Shown: positions 1 through 13,397, counted from the stretch's first letter. The stretch: 64,000 nt of DNA from an uncultured Planctomycetota bacterium (GCA_963849325.1 CAWKHF010000005.1:160001-224000), one strand, 5' to 3'. Numbers and translations: made by a program. The notes: generated from the sequence alone by a model not told the origin.

Positions 1-568
1 TCAACTGGCCGCCGGAGACGAACACGCCGCCGCCCTTGGCCGCCAAGCCGGCGTTGCCCAGAGCCTTGTTGTTCTGCACAACCACGTTGCTCAGCGTGAC
101 GTTGCCGCCCAGATCGAGGATGGCGCCGCCCTCGGCCGTCGTGTTCACCAACACGCCGTTGTCATGGGCCGTGCCGTGCTGGATGGTCAACGCCTCGAAC
201 GCCACGTTGGTCCCCGCGCCGAGGTTAAAAGCGCGGTTGTTGGCTCCCGCGGCATCAAGAATGACATCGGACGCCTTGCCGCTGGCGCCCTCGATAATCA
301 AGGTGTGCGGCGTCGTCACCGACAACTGATTGGACAGGTTGTAGGTGCCCGTTGACAGGACGATGGTGTTGGTCGCATCCGAGGCCGGAGCGTTGACGGC
401 GTTGATGGCCTGCTGGAGTTGGGTAGCGTTGCTAACGTCGAAGACCGCCGGCGCCAGACGCTCCTCCAGCGATTCCAGGAGCGGACGCACGCCGCGGCGC
501 TTCTTAAGTCGCTGCGGCCGGCGCTTGCCCTGGCCCGCGAACTTGCGAAGCCATTCGTTGTGAAACAT
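1..568 (-). CDS. Secreted beta-helix-like surface protein with planctomycete extracellular signal domain (5' part; runs off window)
   Basis: Manual translation from ATG at 568 (GGAGG RBS upstream): MFHNEWLRKF...RRGVRPLLESLEERLAPAVFDVSNATQLQQAINAVN...GGAILDLGGNVTLSNVVVQNNKA...GGGVFV. Shows the planctomycete 'LExLExRxxP' motif plus GGAI-type repeats. Not in the ORF track because it is open at the window edge. Confidence 0.85.
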   Translation of the reverse strand, partial: MFHNEWLRKFAGQGKRRPQRLKKRRGVRPLLESLEERLAPAVFDVSNATQLQQAINAVNAPASDATNTIVLSTGTYNLSNQLSVTTPHTLIIEGASGKASDVILDAAGANNRAFNLGAGTNVAFEALTIQHGTAHDNGVLVNTTAEGGAILDLGGNVTLSNVVVQNNKALGNAGLAAKGGGVFVSGGQL

Positions 569-702
569 GCGATTCCTCCACATTGAAGGGAACGAAGGAA
601 GACACAGAGTACGTTGCACGGCGCGGGAAGGCGATCCCGCGCATCGCTTTTGTCCACGCCGCTTGCTGCCCGCTAAGCCGCAAGCGGCCTGATAATCAAC
701 TC

Positions 703-2950
703 TCAGACCGGCACGCCCACATCCGCCGGCATCTCGTCGCCGGAACTGCTGGGGGTCGGAACGGACGCCAACCCCGGCAGCCGAGCGAACAAGGGCTGCA
801 AGGCCGCTTCATAGTTGCGCCAGCGGTCGAGAGAGCGGCGATAAATGGGTTGCCGCACCTGCAAAAGGCTGGCGGTGCGAACCGGCCTCTCGGTGCGGTG
901 GAACTCCAGGCAGGCCGGCTCCCACTCCAGGCCGCAGAAGGCGACGACGCGGCGGGCCACGCCTTCCAGGTCGTTGACCATGTCTTCGTAATCGACGGCC
1001 AGCACCGGCTGAGGCAGGGCGCGGCGCCAGTGCTCCATGACGCGCTGATACTGGCTGAAGCGCGACAGGATTTCCTCGAAATCGTTGGCCCAGGGAATGC
1101 GGCGGAACTGCGTCATCCAGCACGACACGGCCACGTCGCGCAGATCGCGGCGGCAGTCGATGAAGCGCCGCGCGGGAACAGGGCCGCCATCATACCGACA
1201 TAGAGGTAGTTGTCGGGCATCTTGTCCGTGACGCGCACGGCCGAGCCGTTCATGGCTTGCAGCTGGTCCAGGTGGTTGTGGGCCAGGCGTCGCAAGGCGT
1301 CGGCGTCGATGGCGGTCAGGATGTCAAAGGAGCGATTTTCGCAAGAGACGTCTTCGCCGCCGCCCAGCGCCGTGAAGTCTTCGCGGGCCAGGCGCAGCTC
1401 GCCGGCGCCGAAGACCTGCGAATGGCTGGCGAGAATCTGTTCGAGCAGCGTCGTGCCGGAGCGCGGCAGGCCGACGATGAAGACCGGCCGCTCGCTGTCC
1501 ACGCCCCAACCGCGCACGCGCTCGAACCACTCCGGGGTGAAGGTGGTCAGCAAGCGATCGACGAAGCCGACGTGGACGGCGGCGTTGTACGCTTCGCCGC
1601 GGAAACGCCGGACCTCGCGCTCGAGGCTGTTGGCCACCTGCAGGCGACGGGCCGCCTCGCCGTACTCGCGGCGAGCGTCGTGGACCTGGGCCAGCCCGAA
1701 GAGCAGACAGGCGCGGTCGGAATCGGCCACGCTGGCGTCGTCGGCCAACTGGCGCAGGGCGTCGAATTCGTCCTCGGGCAGCTTGTCGCGCAGCATGGTG
1801 GCGAGCCGGCCCAGGGCGACGCTATGCCGTGGATCGCAGCGGCGAGCGGCCCGGAACGTGGCCACCGCTTCTTCCTGCCGGTTCAATTCCAACTCGACTT
1901 CGCCCAGCGCCGCATGGATGTTGGGGTCGTTCGGCCGCAGCTGCAGCGCAGCCAGGTAGGTCGCACGGGACTCGTCCAGCCGGTTCTGTTCGTAGCGCAG
2001 GTTGCCCAGGCCGACGTAGGCTTCGACATAGCGCGGGTCGAGCTGCAAGGCGTTTTGGAAGTGATTTTCCGCCGTGACGTGGTCGCGCAGCTCGACCAGC
2101 GTGCAGGCGAGGTTGGTGTGGAACTGCGCCGAGTTCGGCTCCAGCCGCAATGCCTGGCGAAACCAGTTGGCGGCTTCCTCGGCCTTGCCCTCGTCGAGCA
2201 GGACCTGGCCGATGTTGTTGGATACCATGGGCACGTTCGGCGCCAGCCGTAGCGCCTCGACGTAGTGGGCCTTGGCCTGGTCGCGCTGGCCGAGGCGGCG
2301 CAGGACGTTGCCGAGGTTGTTCAAGGCCGGCGCGCTGCCGGGCTGGAGTCGGACGGCCTCGCGGCAATGGTGCAGGGCTTGTTGCGGCCGATCGCAGTCC
2401 AGCAACATCTGGCCGAGGTTGCCGTGAGCGAAGCCCAGCTGCGGGTTCACTTCCACGGCGCGACGGAAGTGAGCGATGGCCTGGTCGGCGTTGCCCAGGA
2501 CGCGGTGGGCGTTGCCGAGGTTGTTGTGGGCCACGGCGAAGTCCGGCCGATACGCGATGGCCTGCTCGAAGGCCCGCACCGCCTCGGTGGGCCGGCTCGT
2601 CTGCATCAGCAGCGTTCCCAGGCTGTTGGCCGCCTCGGGGTAGGCCGGCTGCAAGCGCAGGGCCAACTGGCAGCAAGCGATGGCCCGGTCGATCTGGCCG
2701 CACGCGCGGTACGCTTCGGCGAGGTTGCCGTGGTAGGGCGCCTGGCTTGGCTCCCGAGCGATGGCGCGCTCGATGAATTCGACGGCCTGTTGCGGTTGGC
2801 CGCCCTGCAGGGCCAGCACGCCCAGCAAGTGCAGGGCGTCCGTTTGTTCGGGTTGGACAGCGAGAACGTCGCGGTACAAGCATCGGCCTGAGCCAGTTCA
2901 CCGCGTTGATGATGGGACAACGCCGTCGCCAGCAAAGTTGCAATGTCCAT
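703..2950 (-). CDS. TPR-repeat sulfotransferase (frameshifted across 3 ORFs)
   Basis: ORFs 2606-2950, 1113-2879 and 703-1134 join up. Many TPRs (AHNNLGNA), PAPS-binding FIVGLPRSGTTL, DKMPDN, C-terminal YEDMV...VRTAS..QVRQPIY. Confidence 0.9.
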
Positions 2951-3186
2951 GAGATGTCAAGGTGCCTTCTCTGTTGATCCGTCCAAGGACGCCGATGGGC
3001 CTCGCGGTACGGACGACGGACGCAAGACGCAATCCGCGGCGATGAGCGGACGGGCCTCTGATGCGAATCCCGTTGGTTGACGTGGAGATCACTCGGACCG
3101 GGACGTCTGATCGGACTGCGCCGTCCATCAGGGCAGGACCGGGCGAACGCGATCATCCCGAACCCGTCGAGGAAGTCCAGGGGCAG

Positions 3187-3215
3187 AGTTTAGCTTCCCT
3201 TGGTCCCCCTGTCAA
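3187..3215 (-). promoter_or_regulatory. sigma70-type promoter TTGACA-N17-TAAACT for the TPR-sulfotransferase at 2950
   Basis: Minus strand reads ttgaca gggggaccaagggaagc taaact, next to an AT-rich upstream tract. Confidence 0.65.
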
Positions 3216-3252
3216 CCTATTTTCCTCAATTTTCACGTTTCATTGCGATTAC

Positions 3253-3283
3253 AATCAACAATATCTTCATAATCAACAATATC
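3253..3283. promoter_or_regulatory. 13-bp direct repeat AATCAACAATATC x2 (possible regulator binding site)
   Basis: Exact copies at 3253-3265 and 3271-3283, just upstream of the -35 box. Confidence 0.45.
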
Positions 3284-3339
3284 GATATGTGAATGGGGTA
3301 ATGGAGGATTATCCCGTGAATTGTAGGGAAATCACCACT

Positions 3340-3380
3340 CGTTTCGCCGCCACGCGCAGCTGCCGCGCGTCGCGGCTAAG
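3340..3380. repeat. Degenerate family-A REP-like palindrome
   Basis: gtttcgccgccacgcgcagc...gcgcgtcgcggctaa resembles the 10486 and 42353 elements. Confidence 0.55.
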
Positions 3381-3394
3381 TGTCCGTCCGGTAA

Positions 3395-3507
3395 GCCCCT
3401 CTCCCCCGCTTCGGGGGAGAGGGGTTGGGGTGAGGGGGTAGGTTTGTCGCGGCTTTTCCTCCCCCTCACCCCCTACCCCTCTCCCCCGAAGCGGGGGAGA
3501 GGGGGGC
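3395..3507. repeat. REP-like inverted doublet (CCCCTCTCCCCC-GGGGGAGAGGGG type)
   Basis: Two hairpins in inverted orientation with CCCTCACCCC/GGGGTGAGGG arms. Confidence 0.8.
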
Positions 3508-5676
3508 TTAATTGCAGTTGACGGAAGAGGGCGCTAGGGCCGGTTCGTAGTGCCGCCAGCGCACGACGGAGCGCGTGTAGACGGGCTGTCGGACCTGGGT
3601 GACGCTGGCGGTGCGGACGGGGCGCTGCGTGCGATAAAACTGCAAGCAGGCCGGCTCCCATTCCAGGCCGCACCACGCCACCAGCCGCCGAGCCACGCCC
3701 TCCAAGTCGCGCACCGTGTCTTCGTAAGAGACCTCCAGCACCGGCGCCGGCAGCACCCGCGCCCAGTGCGCCATGATGCGGCGGTAGTCGCGGAAGCGGG
3801 CGGCGATGTGATCGATGTCGTTGGCCCAGGGGACCTGACGGAAGTGCGTCATCCAGCACGACACGGCCACATCGCGGAGGTCACGGCGGCAGTGAATGAA
3901 GCGCACGCGCGGAAACAAGACGTGTAAGAGACCCAAATACATGTAATTGTCCGGCATCTTGTCCGTCACCCGCGCGGCCGTGGCGTTCAACCGCCCCAGC
4001 CGGTCGAGGTGGCGCGCGGCCAACCGCCGCACGTCGTCGCGGTCGAGGCGCTGGAGGGCGGCGAAGCACGCGGGTTCGTCGCCGCCGGGTTGCAGCGCCT
4101 CGAAGTCCTCGCGGCCCAGGCGCAGCTCGCCGGCGCCGAAGACCTGCGAATGGCTGGCGAGAACCTGTTCGAGCAGAGTCGTGCCGGAGCGCGGCAGACC
4201 GACGAGGAAGACCGGCCGCTCGCTATCAAGGCCCCAGCCGTCCACGCGCCGAAAGAACTCCGGCGCGAACGCCGACAACAGTTGATCGACGAAGCGTGTG
4301 TGGACCGCCGGATCCCAGCCCTGGCCGCGCTGCGCCCGCCAGGCACGTTCCAGCGCATGGGCCTGGCGGAGACATTCGCCGGCCTGCTCGTAGGCGCCGC
4401 GGGCATCGTGGACGTGAGCCAGGCCGAACAACAGGGCGGCCCGCTTGCCGTCGGACAGTAAGGGTTCGGCGGCCAGCTGTTGCATCGCCTGCCATTGCGG
4501 CTCCGGCATCCGGTCGCGCAGCAGGGTCGCCAGCTGTTCGTAGGCCGCCGTGTTCCGCGGGTCGTGCTGGATGGCCTGGCGCAGATGAGACTCGGCGGCG
4601 GGCAGATCGTTCAGCTCTTGCATCAGCTGGCCGAGGTTGCCGTGAGCGAGGGCCAGGTCCGGCTTCAACCGCAGTGCCTCGCGGTAGTGGGCGCGGGCCT
4701 CGTCGAAGCGGCCGCGCTCGTGCTCGACCCAACCCAGGCCGGCGTGGGCCTCGGCGCAACCGGGATGCAGACGCAGCGCCGTGCCGTAGCAGGCGACGGC
4801 CTCGTCGATCGCACCCTTCTCGCGCAGCGCGCCGCCTCGGTTGACGTGAAAGCGCGCGGTATTCGGTTCCAGGTTGATGGCCTGTTGATACCAGCGCAGG
4901 GCGTCGTCGAGAGCGCCCTCTTCCTCCAGGACCTGGCCGATGTTGTTGTGGAGCATGGCCAGGTTGGGTTCCAGGCGCAGCGCCTCGGCGTAACGGGCCT
5001 TGGCCTCGCCGAGTCGGCCCAGCTCGCGCAGCACGTTGCCGAGGTTGTTGCGGGCCGGGGCGGAGTTCGGTTGCAAGCGGACGGCGGCCTGGCAGTGCTC
5101 CAGCGCCTCGGCGAAGCGCTTTCGCTCCAGCAACATCTGTCCCAGGTTGCTTCGTGCCATCGGCAGGTCCGGGTCCAGCTCGACGGCGCGGTGGAAGTGC
5201 GTCAGCGCTTGCGGGACGTCGCCCAGCAGACGGTACGCATTACCGAGGTTATTGTGGGCCAGCGCGAAATCGGGCCGCAGACGCAGGGCGGCCTGGAGCG
5301 GCTCGACGGCGTCGGCGGGCCGGCCCTGGTCCATCCTCACCAGGCCGAGACTGTTGTGCGCCGCCGCGTAATCCGGCCGCAGTTGCAGGGCCACGCGGCA
5401 GCAGTTGGCGGCCAACTCGAACTCGCGGACGGCCCGGTACGCCTCGGCCAGGTTGGCGTGGAAGGCCGCCACGCTCGGCGAAACGCGGACGGCCCGGTCG
5501 ATCCACTCGATGGCGCTGCGTGCGTCGCCGCGCTGGAGGAATACCAGGCCCAGCAGGTGAAGCGCGTCGGCATGATCGGGCTGGGCCGCGAGGATTTCGC
5601 GGTACAGGCGCTCCGCCTGGTCCAGATCGCCGCGCCGATGATGGGCCAAGGCCGTCGCCAGAGGGGCCGATTCCAT
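3508..5676 (-). CDS. TPR-repeat sulfotransferase (paralog 2)
   Basis: 722 aa ORF with a TPR array, FLVGLPRSGTTL, HCRRDLRDVAVSC and VRTASVTQVRQPVY. Clearly paralogous to 703-2950. Confidence 0.92.
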   Translation of the reverse strand: MESAPLATALAHHRRGDLDQAERLYREILAAQPDHADALHLLGLVFLQRGDARSAIEWIDRAVRVSPSVAAFHANLAEAYRAVREFELAANCCRVALQLRPDYAAAHNSLGLVRMDQGRPADAVEPLQAALRLRPDFALAHNNLGNAYRLLGDVPQALTHFHRAVELDPDLPMARSNLGQMLLERKRFAEALEHCQAAVRLQPNSAPARNNLGNVLRELGRLGEAKARYAEALRLEPNLAMLHNNIGQVLEEEGALDDALRWYQQAINLEPNTARFHVNRGGALREKGAIDEAVACYGTALRLHPGCAEAHAGLGWVEHERGRFDEARAHYREALRLKPDLALAHGNLGQLMQELNDLPAAESHLRQAIQHDPRNTAAYEQLATLLRDRMPEPQWQAMQQLAAEPLLSDGKRAALLFGLAHVHDARGAYEQAGECLRQAHALERAWRAQRGQGWDPAVHTRFVDQLLSAFAPEFFRRVDGWGLDSERPVFLVGLPRSGTTLLEQVLASHSQVFGAGELRLGREDFEALQPGGDEPACFAALQRLDRDDVRRLAARHLDRLGRLNATAARVTDKMPDNYMYLGLLHVLFPRVRFIHCRRDLRDVAVSCWMTHFRQVPWANDIDHIAARFRDYRRIMAHWARVLPAPVLEVSYEDTVRDLEGVARRLVAWCGLEWEPACLQFYRTQRPVRTASVTQVRQPVYTRSVVRWRHYEPALAPSSVNCN

Positions 5677-5911
5677 GATGCGTGTTCCCGTCGATCGGGT
5701 GTCGATCGCTACCCGTCAATTATTCCAGCCGGGAGACATTTCACAAACATAGCGGATGAAAAATCCATTGAAGCCGTGCCCCCAAGTGCGTACACTCAGT
5801 CAATTATCCACGAACGCGATCGCGGGGAAGCTCCGTCGAAGGAGACGGAAGACCATCGCCGCCGCGAGACGGTTCGATCCGAACGGGGAACAGCCAGAAA
5901 GAGAGCCTCGT

Positions 5912-7039
5912 ATGTCCAACTGGAACCAGGGAGACTTCATCTTCGCCAACGTCGCCGGCCTCGGCACCGCTCCCAACAGCCGGCCGGTGACGCCCGATTG
6001 GCGGCGCTGGATCGCCGAGAACGTACTGCTCAACCGCGACCGTCAGATGCTCATCGACGCCATGATGCGCAACGGCTTCGACCGCGGCACGGTCCTGCAG
6101 GAGCTGGCGCCGCCGAGACGCATCCGTACATTGAGGCGGCGCTCGGCCGCGTCCATCCTGACGGCGGCGCCGGCCCCGGCCGCGCCTGCCGCGCCCGCCG
6201 CCGTCGAGAACAAGATCAAGAAGCGCGATTGGATCCTGGAGATCTATCGCCGTTCGGCCCGCCAGGCCAGCACCTTCGGCGCGGTGCCGCGCGTCCGCCG
6301 GCCGTCGCGCCAGGAGTTCCTCGATCAATTTTATTCGCGCAACCAACCGTGCATCATCGAAGGCGCCACCGACGATTGGCCGGCCCGCACGCGCTGGACG
6401 CCCGAATACTTCAAACAGCGTCTCGGCGACCGCCTCGTCGAGGTCCAGGCCAACCGCAACTCCGACCCCAATTACGAGATCAACTCGACCAAGTTCAAGA
6501 AAGAGATGCGCTTCGGCGACTTCGTGGACGTGGTCGAGTCCGCCGGCGAGACCAACGATTGGTACATCACGGCCAACAACGACGGCAAGAACAAGGAGAA
6601 CCTCAAGGAACTGTGGGAAGACGTCATCCAGGTGCCCGAGTACCTGCGCGACGACGATCCCAAGGGCAAGGGCTTCTTCTGGTACGGCCCGGCCGGCACG
6701 GTGACGCCGCTGCACCACGACCTGACCAACAACTTCATGGCCATGGTTCGCGGCCGCAAGCTCATTCGTCTAATCGCTCCTTATGAGATGGCCGATGTCT
6801 ACAATCATCGCCACTGCTTCTCGCAGGTGGACCTCGACCACATCGATTACGACAAGTTCCCGCAGTTCCGCAACGTCAAGGTGATCAACGTGGTCATCAA
6901 TCCCGGCGACCTGTTCTTCCTGCCGGTCGGTTGGTGGCACTACGTCCGCGGCCTGGACATCACCGTGACGATGACGTTCACCAACTTCGTCTTCGAGAAC
7001 GATTTTTACGCACAGTACACGACCTACGGCGAGATTTAA
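5912..7039 (+). CDS. JmjC/cupin-like (Cupin_8) 2-oxoglutarate/Fe(II) hydroxylase with N-terminal extension
   Basis: TPLHHDLTNNF (HxD), GRKLIRL, PGDLFFLPVGWWHYV (distal His). Start taken at MSNWNQ. Confidence 0.88.
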   Translation: MSNWNQGDFIFANVAGLGTAPNSRPVTPDWRRWIAENVLLNRDRQMLIDAMMRNGFDRGTVLQELAPPRRIRTLRRRSAASILTAAPAPAAPAAPAAVENKIKKRDWILEIYRRSARQASTFGAVPRVRRPSRQEFLDQFYSRNQPCIIEGATDDWPARTRWTPEYFKQRLGDRLVEVQANRNSDPNYEINSTKFKKEMRFGDFVDVVESAGETNDWYITANNDGKNKENLKELWEDVIQVPEYLRDDDPKGKGFFWYGPAGTVTPLHHDLTNNFMAMVRGRKLIRLIAPYEMADVYNHRHCFSQVDLDHIDYDKFPQFRNVKVINVVINPGDLFFLPVGWWHYVRGLDITVTMTFTNFVFENDFYAQYTTYGEI

Positions 7040-7046
7040 CGGAACG

Positions 7047-7108
7047 AACCGAGCCGCGACCGTCAGGGAGCGGGGCTTTCTCCGCTCCCTGATGGTCGCG
7101 GCTCGGTT
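7047..7108. repeat. REP-like palindrome (AACCGAGCCGCGACCGTCAGGGAGCGG / inverse)
   Basis: Near-perfect ~27-bp inverted repeat just after the JmjC stop. Confidence 0.8.
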
Positions 7109-7155
7109 TGACCCGCTAGCTTGTGTCTGCCGTCGACGGCGGGTAGGATAACATC

Positions 7156-7364
7156 ATGAATGCCGAAGCCGTCCGCGAATTGCTGCGCCGTCAGCCGTTC
7201 GAGCCGTTCAACGTCCACATGACGAATGGCGAGGTCTATTCCGTGCGCCATCCGGAGCAAGTGTTTCTGGCCGGAACAAGACTGCTGATCTACTACCCCG
7301 AAGCCGATCGTCTCGCCTGGTGTTCGCTGTTGCACGTGGCCAATATTCTCATGTCGCAACCGGC

Positions 7365-7368
<4 letters not shown>
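7156..7368 (+). CDS. Small conserved planctomycete protein (PFxPF...G..Y.VxHP family), paralog 1
   Basis: 70 aa. Shares a motif with the ORFs at 16048-16305 and 55787-56053. Confidence 0.8.
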
Positions 7369-8759
<1,391 letters not shown>

Positions 8760-8921
8760 GACGTCCTTCTCCTGGCATCCCGCGCCGCTGCCAAGCCGCG
8801 CGCGGCGCATCCGTGAAGTTATCCGCGCTGCCAGGAGAATTGAATCAAATTCTCTTGAGATGCTCCATCCTCGTCTTGGAAATGCTCTCTCCAGGGAGAG
8901 ACGCGGCGATGGCTGCCCCCC

Positions 8922-9846
8922 CTACCGGGGCGATGAGGATTTGAACTTGAGGTGTTCGGCCAGGCGGATCGACTCGCCGGCCAGCTGCGGCGTGAGTTCC
9001 TTCAAATAGGAATAGCTCAGATAAGCGTAGAAGCGAGCGATGCCGAGCAGCGGCAGAAATTCGCCCAGCGTTTCTTCCGCGAACACCGCCGGTTTGCCCA
9101 GTACGCCGAGGACGCTTTCCTCGGTGACACTATCTTGGAGCAGCGGTTTCAGATGATCAACGTGTGCGCGGAGATCGGCCGAGGCGGCCGTCGGCTCGGC
9201 GCGGGCAGTGGACAGGCCGCCCAGCAAGTCGCGGAGTTGGTCCCGCAGGTTCGGCGTTTCCGCGCATCCACTGGTTGAATTCTTGCATCTGTTCCGGCGT
9301 AATTTGTCCGGTCTGCATCCACTTCCACTGGGCCTCGCGGAGTTCGGGCGGCATGCGCTGCTGCAACTGTTGCTGCATTTGTCGGGCGCGGTCGAGGAGG
9401 ACGCGCTGCACCTCGGCGGCGTTGGCCCCCGCGAACGCGCCGGTCAGGCCCGCCAGTGCCTCGTGGTCCTCCTCGTCCTCGCCGTCCTCCCCTCCGGCGG
9501 AATCGAACTCATCCAGCGCCTGGCCGGCGTGGTAGAGCTGGTAATGCCAGGAGTCGCTGTCGTTGACCATGACCTGGAGGGCGTGCGTGCCGAGCCGGCC
9601 GGACAGCGCCTCGGCCAGCGACAGCGAACAACCCATCAAGTCGCTGTCCAGCACGGACACCCAGCTGTCGCGGGCCTCGGAGACGTGCAGGGCGCGCCGT
9701 TGCGAAGGCAAGCCCGGTTTGTCGCTCCTCGCCGGCCCCTCGTCGGTGGCCTCGTAGCCCTCAGTTCGCAGCAGCTCGCGGATGGCGTCGGCCACCGATG
9801 CGGCGTTATTGGACCTCACGTGAACGCTATTGGCAAAGCTGCCCAT
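8922..9846 (-). CDS. Hypothetical protein (frameshift near 9250)
   Basis: MGSFANSVHVRS...WVSVLDS...DSDSWHYQLY..G...DEF, continuing into ORF 8922-9227. GGAG RBS before the ATG. Confidence 0.65.
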
Positions 9847-9960
9847 GTTGTACTCCTCGGCTGGACCGCACCCGGCAACGATGCCGGCGCACCTTTCGAT
9901 ACTATAGCTCCGAAACATCGGGAGTGCTTCACTCTCCCGAAGCTCCCGGAGGCCATCCCC

Positions 9961-10491
9961 ATGCCGGACAATGTCCCCGCGCCGCATCGAAACCTGGAAC
10001 GCAAGGCACGCTGTAACGACCTGGCCGCGGCCGCCGCCGCCATCGAGCGGCTCGGGGCGCGGCGCGTGGACGTGCTGGAGCAGACAGACGTGTATTTCCA
10101 TGTGCCGCACGGCCGGCTCAAGCTGCGCACGATCGAGGGGCAGCCGGCCATGCTCATCTGGTACGAACGGCCCGATGCGCCGGCCGCGCGCTGGAGCCGC
10201 TATCACCTCGTTCCCGTGAGTGAACCGGCATCGCTGCGCGCGGCCCTGGCGGCGGCGCTGGGCGAACGCGGCGAGGTACGCAAACGCCGCACGCTCTGGC
10301 AGTGGCAGAACGTCCGCATCCATCTCGATGAGGTCGCCGGCCCGGGGACGTTCGTCGAGTTCGAGGCGGTGATGTCCGCGAGTGACAACGAAGTGACAGC
10401 ACACGAACGCTTGACGGCGTTGGCAGCGGCGCTCGGTCTGACCTCGGCGGATGACGTGGCGGGATCGTATGCGGATTTGCTGTTCGTTTAG
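9961..10491 (+). CDS. cyaB: CYTH-domain protein (class IV adenylate cyclase-like)
   Basis: NLERKAR (ExExK-like), QTDVYF, GRLKLR, VRKRR, RIHLDEV...FVEFE. Confidence 0.85.
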   Translation: MPDNVPAPHRNLERKARCNDLAAAAAAIERLGARRVDVLEQTDVYFHVPHGRLKLRTIEGQPAMLIWYERPDAPAARWSRYHLVPVSEPASLRAALAAALGERGEVRKRRTLWQWQNVRIHLDEVAGPGTFVEFEAVMSASDNEVTAHERLTALAAALGLTSADDVAGSYADLLFV

Positions 10492-10550
10492 CCGCGACGC
10501 GCAGCGGAGCGCGAGATGCTCCCGCGCTCCGCTGCGCGTCGCGGCTAAAC
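10486..10550. repeat. Family-A REP-like palindrome (GTTTAGCCGCGACGCGCAGCGGAGCGCG)
   Basis: Long inverted repeat between convergent genes; overlaps the cyaB TAG stop. Confidence 0.85.
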
Positions 10551-10559
10551 AATTGGAGA

Positions 10560-11189
10560 TCAGCCGTGCAGCTCGGGGAAGACGTCGGCGGACAGGCCGG
10601 CGTCGCGGATGTGCTCGCTCAGCTTCTTGACGGCGGCGAAGCGATAGTTCGCCACCTGCTGCTCGCTGATTTTCAGGAAGGCGGCCACGTCGCGGTTGGC
10701 CCAGCCCTTGACCCACAACAGCTCCAGCACCTTCAGACGCACCCAATCGCCTTTCTCCTGCAAGCCGCGCAGGATCTGGCCCAGGCAGCGCACGATGGCG
10801 GCGCACTCTAACTCCTGCCGCTCGTCGCTGCGCGCCGCGCTCGACGCGGTCGGCTGGTCGTCGTACTGCTGGTTGAGCAGGTCGGAGGAGCTGTCGCTGA
10901 GCGAGCGCAGCGGGTGCCGGCCGCTGCGGCGCAGGTGATCGGTCAGCTTGTGCGCGGCGATGGTGAACAGGTAGGTTTGCAGCTCGCGACGGTCGTCGAA
11001 GTTGGGCAGGCTGTTGAGGAAGCCGACGAACGTCTCTTGCACCACGTCCTCGCTCGCCCCCCGGTCGCGCAGGCGACGCTGGATGAAAGCCAGCAGCCGC
11101 CCCTCGTAGCGCGCGATCAGTGTCTCCCAGGCGCGCGGGTCGCCTTGGCGGATTTGCTGAATCAACAGGCGGTCGCTGTCGGAGGGCAT
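10560..11189 (-). CDS. ECF RNA polymerase sigma factor (kinase-associated type)
   Basis: Region 2: AWETLIARY...SEDVVQETF...YLFTIAAHKLTDHLRR. Region 4: GWANRDVAAFL. Confidence 0.9.
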   Translation of the reverse strand: MPSDSDRLLIQQIRQGDPRAWETLIARYEGRLLAFIQRRLRDRGASEDVVQETFVGFLNSLPNFDDRRELQTYLFTIAAHKLTDHLRRSGRHPLRSLSDSSSDLLNQQYDDQPTASSAARSDERQELECAAIVRCLGQILRGLQEKGDWVRLKVLELLWVKGWANRDVAAFLKISEQQVANYRFAAVKKLSEHIRDAGLSADVFPELHG

Positions 11190-11216
11190 AACGACGAACT
11201 TGTCCCCAGTACCTTT

Positions 11217-11282
11217 CGTTTAGCCGCGACTGCGCAGCGGAGCGCGGGAATCCCGCGCTCCGCTGCGCGTCGCGGCTAAACG
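11217..11282. repeat. Family-A REP-like palindrome
   Basis: Near-identical to 10486-10550. Confidence 0.85.
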
Positions 11283-11287
11283 AATTA

Positions 11288-11863
11288 TCAAGCGATCACG
11301 CACAGACCCAGGGCGATGGCGATGAGGATACCGATCGCCGCCAGACGCAGCAGGCGCGTGTAATAACCCTTGGTCGCCTCCTCCAGCCGAAGGTAGCCAC
11401 CCACCACGACGAGCAGAGAGACGAGGCCAACCAGGACGTAAAGCGATAGCTTTTGGCGTCCTTCCATGCGCTGCTGCCGGGCCTGTTTCTGGATGTCGCG
11501 GGCCTGGGCGGCGGTGATCTCCAGCTGCATCTTGACGACCTTCATCTTGCCGCCGTCGGCGAAGTCCTTGGCGACCTGGAATGGCTCCTCGGTCGGCTCG
11601 CCGAACTGGACCATGCCCTTGTCGCGCAGGAACTCCGGCGTCGGCGTCCAGCCGAGATTGGCGGAGTGCTCGGCCAGCCAATCGCAGGCGTGCTCCAGGG
11701 CGTTGGACTCGGCGTCCTTGGGCGTCAGGCCGTAGCCGATGAATTCCTCCTTGATGAGGACTTTTTTCGGGCCGGACGCGGCCGCGGCTGGAGAGCTGGA
11801 CGCCGGCACACTGCCCGCGATCAGGCACACGGCGATCAGGCGGAGCCATCCCGCAGTTCGCAT
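11288..11863 (-). CDS. Exported/membrane protein with two C-terminal TM helices
   Basis: MRTAGWLRLIAVCLIAG signal-like N-terminus; C-terminal hydrophobic helices flanking YLRLEEATKGYYT. Confidence 0.75.
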   Translation of the reverse strand: MRTAGWLRLIAVCLIAGSVPASSSPAAAASGPKKVLIKEEFIGYGLTPKDAESNALEHACDWLAEHSANLGWTPTPEFLRDKGMVQFGEPTEEPFQVAKDFADGGKMKVVKMQLEITAAQARDIQKQARQQRMEGRQKLSLYVLVGLVSLLVVVGGYLRLEEATKGYYTRLLRLAAIGILIAIALGLCVIA

Positions 11864-11886
11864 TGCAGTTCCTCCTCTTCGGGGCA

Positions 11887-13397
<1,511 letters not shown>

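Noticed and set aside
4480-6786. 768-aa plus-strand ORF and similar long antisense or alternate-frame ORFs (e.g. 7063-8778, 33066-34385)
   Set aside because: Shadow ORFs typical of high-GC DNA; they overlap well-supported genes and have Arg/Ala/Pro-rich, motif-less translations.
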